Shown: piece by piece, positions 58,356 through 64,000 of the stretch
Layout of the letters: each line of letters opens with the position of its first letter
How positions within the stretch are numbered: position 1 is the first letter of the stretch
From: Pseudomonadota bacterium
GTDB taxonomy: Bacteria > Bdellovibrionota > Bdellovibrionia > Bdellovibrionales > Bdellovibrionaceae
Direction of reading: 5' to 3'
Length of the DNA: 64,000 bases
NCBI GenBank assembly: GCA_041178425.1
Contig: JBEGVH010000026.1
Coordinates: 35,427 to 99,426, forward strand
The notes under the pieces: model-generated
What the model was told of the DNA's origin: nothing
Seen by the model: only the letters and a program-made list of their open reading frames with translations
Databases searched by the model: none
Made by a program: the position numbers and the translations under genes

Positions 58356-59261
58356 TTAATGTTTGCTTTTAATTTCGTTGAGGCCCTGATGTGGGTTCCA
58401 AAAATCCCTGAGGCTAGCCGCTAAGGAGTTAAAAGAAATAACAGTTACTAAAATCAATAGACCGGGCGCAATGGCTAAAAGGGGAGCGTGATAAACAAGT
58501 TCTTGAGCATTACTGAGCATGCTTCCCCAGCTTGGGGATGGGGGTTGAATGCCCATTCCTAAAAATGAGAGGGCTGATTCAAAAAGGATGGCTTCGCCAA
58601 CGCCTATGCTTAAACTCACAAAGAGGGGTGTGGCTATTTGTGGTAGAATATGTTGCAGTATAATTCGAACCGGGGTGGCTCCCAAAGCTCGAGCGGCCAT
58701 TATGTATTCGCGTTTCTTCAAGTTGAGAACCATTGTGCGAATTAAGCGCGCTACACTCATCCATGAAAATAAACAGAGAATGATTATGACCTTCGCAAAA
58801 CCAAAAAAGGTTGGCGAAGTGATTCCAAAGAACATCGGGAATTTCGAAAAATCAAGAGCTGCAACAAAGATCAAGACGGGTATCAGGGGTATTGCAAGAA
58901 GCGAATCGGTGATTCGCATGAGGAGTGCATCGATCCAGCCACCACAATACCCAGAAATCACGCCAACGATTAATCCTAATAGGCCCGAAATGAAGGTGGC
59001 GGTGAGAGCTATGGCCAGAGAAACACGGGCCCCATAAATCAGGCGTATTAAAACATCTCTGCCAAGTTCGTCAGTTCCGAGCCAATGCGTGGCTTTGTTA
59101 CCATTTTCAAGAAAAGTTGTCGAAACAGGCTTGGCGAATCGTATTGTAAGATTTTGTGTGTGGTAGTCTTGCTCGAGGAGCGATTCCAGGCTAGGTGCGA
59201 AAAGAGCGACCAGAAATAGAATAAAGAGAATGGAAAGACTAACCTTCGATTGTCTAATCAT
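58356..59261 (-). CDS. oppC: Oligopeptide/dipeptide ABC transporter permease (OppC/DppC)
   Basis: HWLGTDELGRD, EYIMAARALGA EAA motif, ESALSFLG. Confidence 0.9.
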   Translation of the reverse strand: MIRQSKVSLSILFILFLVALFAPSLESLLEQDYHTQNLTIRFAKPVSTTFLENGNKATHWLGTDELGRDVLIRLIYGARVSLAIALTATFISGLLGLIVGVISGYCGGWIDALLMRITDSLLAIPLIPVLIFVAALDFSKFPMFFGITSPTFFGFAKVIIILCLFSWMSVARLIRTMVLNLKKREYIMAARALGATPVRIILQHILPQIATPLFVSLSIGVGEAILFESALSFLGMGIQPPSPSWGSMLSNAQELVYHAPLLAIAPGLLILVTVISFNSLAASLRDFWNPHQGLNEIKSKH

Positions 59262-60225
59262 GCGAGAGCCTCGGGTCGACACGCAGACTCACAAGGTCCG
59301 CGGCAAGACTAAAGAGCAAAATCGAGAAGAGCGAAAGTAGAAATGAGGCCATCGCAACATTAATATCGTTATTTCTAATGGAGTCATAAAAGAGTTTTCC
59401 CATTCCCTGGTAAGAAAAAACAGTTTCGGTGATGAGTGCTCCCGAAAACAAAGATGACAAACTGAGTGAAAGTAGGGTGATTAAGGGTAACATTGAGTTC
59501 TTAAAAATATGCCGCCAAAAGATGGTTTTCTTCGTCAGTCCCTTTGCCATGGCCGTTTGAACAAAGTCGTGTTGGAGATTATCGAGGATGGTCGTTCGAA
59601 TAAATGGTACAAAGCGACCGAAGAGCAAAAAACTCAGAGAGAGGGTTGGCAGTATAAGGTAAGTCAATCGATCCAAGAGCGAATCAAAAAAGGTGGAGTT
59701 ATCAAAACCGATGCTCACTGTGCCTCCAGGAGGTAAGAGAGGCCAGTAAACGGAGAAGGCTAATATCAAAAGGTAACCGAGCCAAAAAGAGGGCGTGGCT
59801 AAACTCACCGAAGCGAGAGTTTGGATGGCCCGATCAATCCATGTTTCTTTTTTTAGAGCTGATAAAACTCCGCAAGGGATAGCAAAAACAAGGGAGAGGA
59901 TCAAGACACTCAGAGATAAATAACACGTGTTTACAAGGGGGCTCCAAAGAATCTTCGTTACGGGCAATTTGTTGGCTCGTGAATATCCGAAGTCCCCTTG
60001 AAGGGCTTTCTGTGCCCAAGACCAATAGCGCATGGAGATTGGTGCATCAAGCTCATAGAGGTGGCGCAAACGTTCAATATCAGAAGAGGTTAACTGAGGA
60101 TTCGTTGTGTTTAGCAGATCGATGGGATCTCCGGGGAGAAAACTCATCAAGAAAAAACAAACATAGGAGACAATTCCCACGACAATTAAGCTTTGAATCA
60201 GTCTTCGAATGATGTAGCCAAACAA
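59254..60225 (-). CDS. oppB: Oligopeptide/dipeptide ABC transporter permease (OppB/DppB)
   Basis: YIIRRL, PGDP, GDFGYS, DFVQTAMAKGL, ITETVF; TTG start. Confidence 0.9.
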   Translation of the reverse strand: MFGYIIRRLIQSLIVVGIVSYVCFFLMSFLPGDPIDLLNTTNPQLTSSDIERLRHLYELDAPISMRYWSWAQKALQGDFGYSRANKLPVTKILWSPLVNTCYLSLSVLILSLVFAIPCGVLSALKKETWIDRAIQTLASVSLATPSFWLGYLLILAFSVYWPLLPPGGTVSIGFDNSTFFDSLLDRLTYLILPTLSLSFLLFGRFVPFIRTTILDNLQHDFVQTAMAKGLTKKTIFWRHIFKNSMLPLITLLSLSLSSLFSGALITETVFSYQGMGKLFYDSIRNNDINVAMASFLLSLFSILLFSLAADLVSLRVDPRLSHD

Positions 60226-60246
60226 GAGAAAAGTACTCCTTTCCGT

Positions 60247-61962
60247 TTATTCCTTATGAGAGGTCTCTAGCGACCAATTTTCTGCATGGTAGGTTTCAAC
60301 GAATTGATGGCCAGTAATTCGGTAGCCCTTGAGGGCTTTGGGTGTAATCGCTACGTCAGATCGATAAAAAAGCGGAAGTGAGGGCAAATCTTGCGTGTAC
60401 TCTTTTACAATTCCGTGGATAAGACTAAGACGTTTTTCGTGGGTAAGCTCCGACTTGAGATCTTCAATCGCTTGATCAACCCGAGGATTTCTCCATCCAT
60501 AAGTATTCTGCCCGGACCATCCGTTTTCTTCAGTGGGGATGCTCTTTGATGAAAAAGTTGATAAGGGAATATTCTCTGAAGAAGAGACCAGCGCATACAT
60601 TGCTAGGGCAGGAAATTTACGTTTTCTCACCGATTCGGCAAAGAATAGGCGGGCAGGTTCATTCTTAATTTCGAGCTTAATGCCAACCTGTTTCCATTGT
60701 TCCTGAAGGTATTGTTCGACGAGTCCTCGAGTTTTATTTTCGGCGGTGGTCATGATGGTGAAGGTCAATGGTTGCCCGGCTTTTTTACGAACACCCTCTG
60801 GAGACATTTTCCATCCGGCAGCATCAAGAAGTTTGGCCGCCTCGTCTTTTGAATAGGTGTAATTCGTTGCAAAGTGAGGATCAGTGGTGAACCAAGGATC
60901 CATGGTTGCCAAAAAGTGAATGGCAGGAATCTGTCGAGATTCAAAGAGAGTTTTTGTTAAGGCAGCCCGATCGGTTGCGTGCATCAGAGCTTGTCTTACT
61001 TTTTGATCTTTTAAAATTGGATGCTCTAGATTGACGTCAATGTGTTCGAAGGTTTGGCTGGGTGTGAAATGCACTGTATAGGATAAATTTTCTGATTGAA
61101 CTTTCTTTTCAAACGCAAGGGCCTCGTCAAAAGAAATTCCTAAAGAAGAAATCATATCTATTTGCCCAGTTCGTAAATTTGCTTCCATTGTGCTCGAATT
61201 AGGAATGACCTTTACAATAAGTTTTTTGATGGCGGGTTTATTGCCATAAAAATGAGGGTTAGGTTCTAAGACGATGTGAGACCCAAGTTTTAATTCGGTC
61301 ACTACGAAAGGGCCGTTATAGAGTCCTGGTAAGGAGGGGTTCTTGAGATAGTTTGTGTTTTTTTCGTAGGCTAAGGCTTGGGTCTTCGATTTCTCATAGA
61401 TGTCTTCATCGAGGTGTTTTGAAATTGGAAAGAGGGTTCCTATTTGATGAAAGTTCCATTTTACCGTTTTGTAAGTGAAAAGACACTTTTTGGGGGTACG
61501 AGGGTCCCATTCAATTTTCTCTATCTCTGAGTAGTTTCCCTTTTCAGTGATGGAGACAAGGGGATTGAGAGCAATGGTTCTTGAAAGAGAAAAATCTTCG
61601 CAGGTTACAGGAGCCCCATCGCCCCAAGAGGCATTCTCTCGAATTTCCCAAGTTGCACTCAGCTTTTTGATACCCTTCTCGGTAATAATCTGAGCCCCTT
61701 CACCAAGACGGGGGATTGTTTTTGCTAGCATTGGCACCCATTGACCATCAGCATCCATGACGGCGAGAGGACGAATAACGAGGCCACTCAAGTACGTGGT
61801 GGTGAGCATTGTCATCAAAAGTGGGTTGAGTGTTTCAAATTCCTGAGCAATGCCAACTTTTAGTTCTTTATTGCTAAGGGTTTCTGTTTTTTTTGTGCAA
61901 GCCTGGACAAAAAACGAAAGAGCTAAAATCAATGCGAGATTTTTTTTAATCAAGGTGATCAT
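60247..61962 (-). CDS. oppA: Peptide ABC transporter substrate-binding lipoprotein (family 5)
   Basis: VQAC lipobox, WGDGAPVT, NGPF, DQKVRQAL. Confidence 0.9.
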   Translation of the reverse strand: MITLIKKNLALILALSFFVQACTKKTETLSNKELKVGIAQEFETLNPLLMTMLTTTYLSGLVIRPLAVMDADGQWVPMLAKTIPRLGEGAQIITEKGIKKLSATWEIRENASWGDGAPVTCEDFSLSRTIALNPLVSITEKGNYSEIEKIEWDPRTPKKCLFTYKTVKWNFHQIGTLFPISKHLDEDIYEKSKTQALAYEKNTNYLKNPSLPGLYNGPFVVTELKLGSHIVLEPNPHFYGNKPAIKKLIVKVIPNSSTMEANLRTGQIDMISSLGISFDEALAFEKKVQSENLSYTVHFTPSQTFEHIDVNLEHPILKDQKVRQALMHATDRAALTKTLFESRQIPAIHFLATMDPWFTTDPHFATNYTYSKDEAAKLLDAAGWKMSPEGVRKKAGQPLTFTIMTTAENKTRGLVEQYLQEQWKQVGIKLEIKNEPARLFFAESVRKRKFPALAMYALVSSSENIPLSTFSSKSIPTEENGWSGQNTYGWRNPRVDQAIEDLKSELTHEKRLSLIHGIVKEYTQDLPSLPLFYRSDVAITPKALKGYRITGHQFVETYHAENWSLETSHKE

Positions 61963-62951
61963 GGAACAACTTCCTTATGTGTGGATTGATTTATCAGGCA
62001 GGCACTATGATGGCTTGGAGTCAGGGGGAGTAGCTGAGGATCGATCGTGGTACAATCACGCATGGCCTTTGAACACCGCGGATGAAAATGGCAGCCAGAG
62101 GGCGGATAAATAGCGCTAGGCACCTCGCCGCTGAGGCTTCGTTTAATCTTTTTTTTGCCCGAGCCAATTTGAGGAATGGCCGATAGCAACGCTTGAGTGT
62201 AGGGATGATTTGGGTTCTGATAAATTTCTTCACGGGTGGCAGTTTCAACAATCCGCCCTAAGTACATCACGGCGACACGATCACAAAAATGCTCAACGAC
62301 CTTTAGATCATGCGAGATAAATAAAAATGTGAGTTTAAATTTGTCTTGGAGATCTTTCAGCAGATTGAGTATCTGAGCTTGCACAGAGGCATCGAGGGAG
62401 CTCACGGGTTCGTCGGCTATGATAAGTTCGGGATTCACCGCAAGGGCACGAGCGATATTGATTCGTTGTCTTTGGCCACCCGAAAATTGATGAGGCCATC
62501 GTTCACAATGTGAAGCCTGAAGGCCAACGGTTTCAAGAAGGTCTTTGGCCCGGTCAAGGCGTTGATGTTTTGGGTGCAGATCATGAATATCCATGGGTTG
62601 TGTGAGTATTTGGCCAACAGTCATGCGTGGATCTAAAGAGGCCGTCGGGTCTTGAAAAATCATTTGAATATCTCTTCGGGCCTTTCGCAACTGAGCCCCA
62701 GAAAGTTCTCCAAAATCTTGGCCTTTAAAAAGAATGGAACCATCGGTTGGTTCATAGAGTCGAATGATGGTGCGTCCGAGAGTTGATTTTCCACAACCAC
62801 TTTCTCCCACTAAGCCGAGGGCTTCGCCTTTTTTTATGTGGAGATTTACTCCGTCAACGGCTCTCACAAATGATGTTGTTTGAGAAAGAAAGTTTTTTTT
62901 GTGAGGAAAATATTTTTTCAAATTTTTGATTTCAAGAATTGTATTCATCAT
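61959..62951 (-). CDS. oppF: Peptide ABC transporter ATPase (OppF/DppF)
   Basis: GESGCGKS, FSGGQRQR, DEPVSSLD, HPYTQAL, GCHFHPRC. Confidence 0.92.
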   Translation of the reverse strand: MMNTILEIKNLKKYFPHKKNFLSQTTSFVRAVDGVNLHIKKGEALGLVGESGCGKSTLGRTIIRLYEPTDGSILFKGQDFGELSGAQLRKARRDIQMIFQDPTASLDPRMTVGQILTQPMDIHDLHPKHQRLDRAKDLLETVGLQASHCERWPHQFSGGQRQRINIARALAVNPELIIADEPVSSLDASVQAQILNLLKDLQDKFKLTFLFISHDLKVVEHFCDRVAVMYLGRIVETATREEIYQNPNHPYTQALLSAIPQIGSGKKKIKRSLSGEVPSAIYPPSGCHFHPRCSKAMRDCTTIDPQLLPLTPSHHSACLINQSTHKEVVP

Positions 62952-62958
62952 CGTTCTC

Positions 62959-63945
62959 TCAATGAGGATTAAAACAGGCTACCGAATGCGTCTGTGAAAT
63001 GGCTACAGTTGGTGGGCGAAGGGTCTGGCATTCGGGCTTTGCTCTAGGGCAGCGATTGAAAAAAGCGCATCCTTTCGGAAGATCGAGGGGCGAGGGAATT
63101 GTTCCCTCAATGGTTGGAAGTTTTTTTCCCACGGTCCCTAGGCGTGGAATCGCTTCCAACAATGCGATGGTGTAAGGATGATGAGGTTGGCGAAAAAGTT
63201 CCTCGGTGGTCGCCGCCTCGGCGATTTGCCCTCCATACATAACAAGAACGCGATCACATAGCTCAGAAATTACACCAAGGTCGTGGGTAATAAATTGAAC
63301 ACTCATTCCTCGCGATTCCTGAAGAGATTGGAGCAGTTCAAGAATCTGACTTTGAATGGTGACATCAAGAGCGGTTGTCGGTTCGTCAGCAATGAGCAGT
63401 GAAGGATTGCAACTGAGAGCCATAGCGATCATTGCGCGTTGTCTCATTCCTCCCGATAATTGATGAATATACTGATGATAGCGTTCCTCAGGATTGGGAA
63501 TACCAACCAATTTCAATAAATCTATCGATCGGTGTCGGGCCTCTTTTTTTGATACGTTTTCATGCCGTAAGATTTGCTCGTCGATTTGAAAGCCGATGGA
63601 GAGAATTGGGTTCAAGGCTGTTGAGGGTTCCTGAAAAATAATGGCAATTTCTTTTCCTCTGACATCCTGCATTTCGACATCATGGAGTTGAAGTAGATCT
63701 CTGCCTTTAAAGAAGATCTTGCCTCCCGTAATTTTGCCGGGGGGTTCAATGAGTTTCAAGAGGGAATAGCTCGTTACTGTTTTGCCACTTCCACTTTCGC
63801 CGACAATACCGAGGATTTCGGCCGCATTAATGTGATAGGAAATTCCGTTGACAGCTCTGAAGGAACCTTCGCGAAGTGTAAAAGTTGTTTCAAGATTTTC
63901 GACCCTGAGGATTGGCTCTTTTGCCACCGTGTCGATCCCTCCCAT
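62959..63945 (-). CDS. oppD: Peptide ABC transporter ATPase (OppD/DppD)
   Basis: [36 protein letters not shown]. Confidence 0.92.
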   Translation of the reverse strand: MGGIDTVAKEPILRVENLETTFTLREGSFRAVNGISYHINAAEILGIVGESGSGKTVTSYSLLKLIEPPGKITGGKIFFKGRDLLQLHDVEMQDVRGKEIAIIFQEPSTALNPILSIGFQIDEQILRHENVSKKEARHRSIDLLKLVGIPNPEERYHQYIHQLSGGMRQRAMIAMALSCNPSLLIADEPTTALDVTIQSQILELLQSLQESRGMSVQFITHDLGVISELCDRVLVMYGGQIAEAATTEELFRQPHHPYTIALLEAIPRLGTVGKKLPTIEGTIPSPLDLPKGCAFFNRCPRAKPECQTLRPPTVAISQTHSVACFNPH

Positions 63946-64000
63946 TGCGGGAGGAATCAGAACTCAATTTGAAGGAACTGTCAAAACGATTTGATCATTG

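Noticed and set aside
63964..64000. Possible 3' end of an upstream minus-strand CDS (..NDQIVLTVPSN*)
   Set aside because: Too short to support

Overview
Gene-dense bacterial chromosome segment. Its content points to a predatory Bdellovibrionota-like organism (inference): many signal-peptide hypotheticals, two trypsin-like proteases, a lipase, NagZ, an SLT-like enzyme, a PHB-depolymerase-like esterase and S74-chaperone fibre domains. Housekeeping genes include a CPA2 K+/H+ antiporter, ethanolamine permease, beta-carbonic anhydrase/ArsR/YoaK, hflX, NUDIX, YceI, ABC-F, Bcp and an oppDFABC-type operon. Five loci stand out. (1) 18863-22391: a sigma54-type, translationally coupled four-gene operon with two secreted helical Cys-containing proteins, a Sec-signal pre-toxin-TG protein ending in a CdiA-CT-like RNase domain, and a Cys-rich immunity gene. 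No known delivery machinery is present, so it is a candidate new polymorphic toxin system. (2) 42686-54362: two paralogous ~1300-aa coiled-coil proteins ending in a FrpC-type self-processing module in which the Asp-Pro cleavage site is Ser-Pro. (3) Between them lie an OM beta-barrel gene and a lipoprotein signal peptidase-HAMP-S74 fusion whose S74 lacks the catalytic Lys. (4) 312-2789: a type IV prepilin fused to an S74-chaperoned fibre. (5) A RAYT transposase flanked by REP-like inverted repeats. Recurrent sigma54 boxes and a CTCA-N3-TGAG palindrome mark promoters of secreted-protein genes. No rRNA, tRNA or CRISPR array was recognised. All family assignments come from motif recognition by eye, not database searches.
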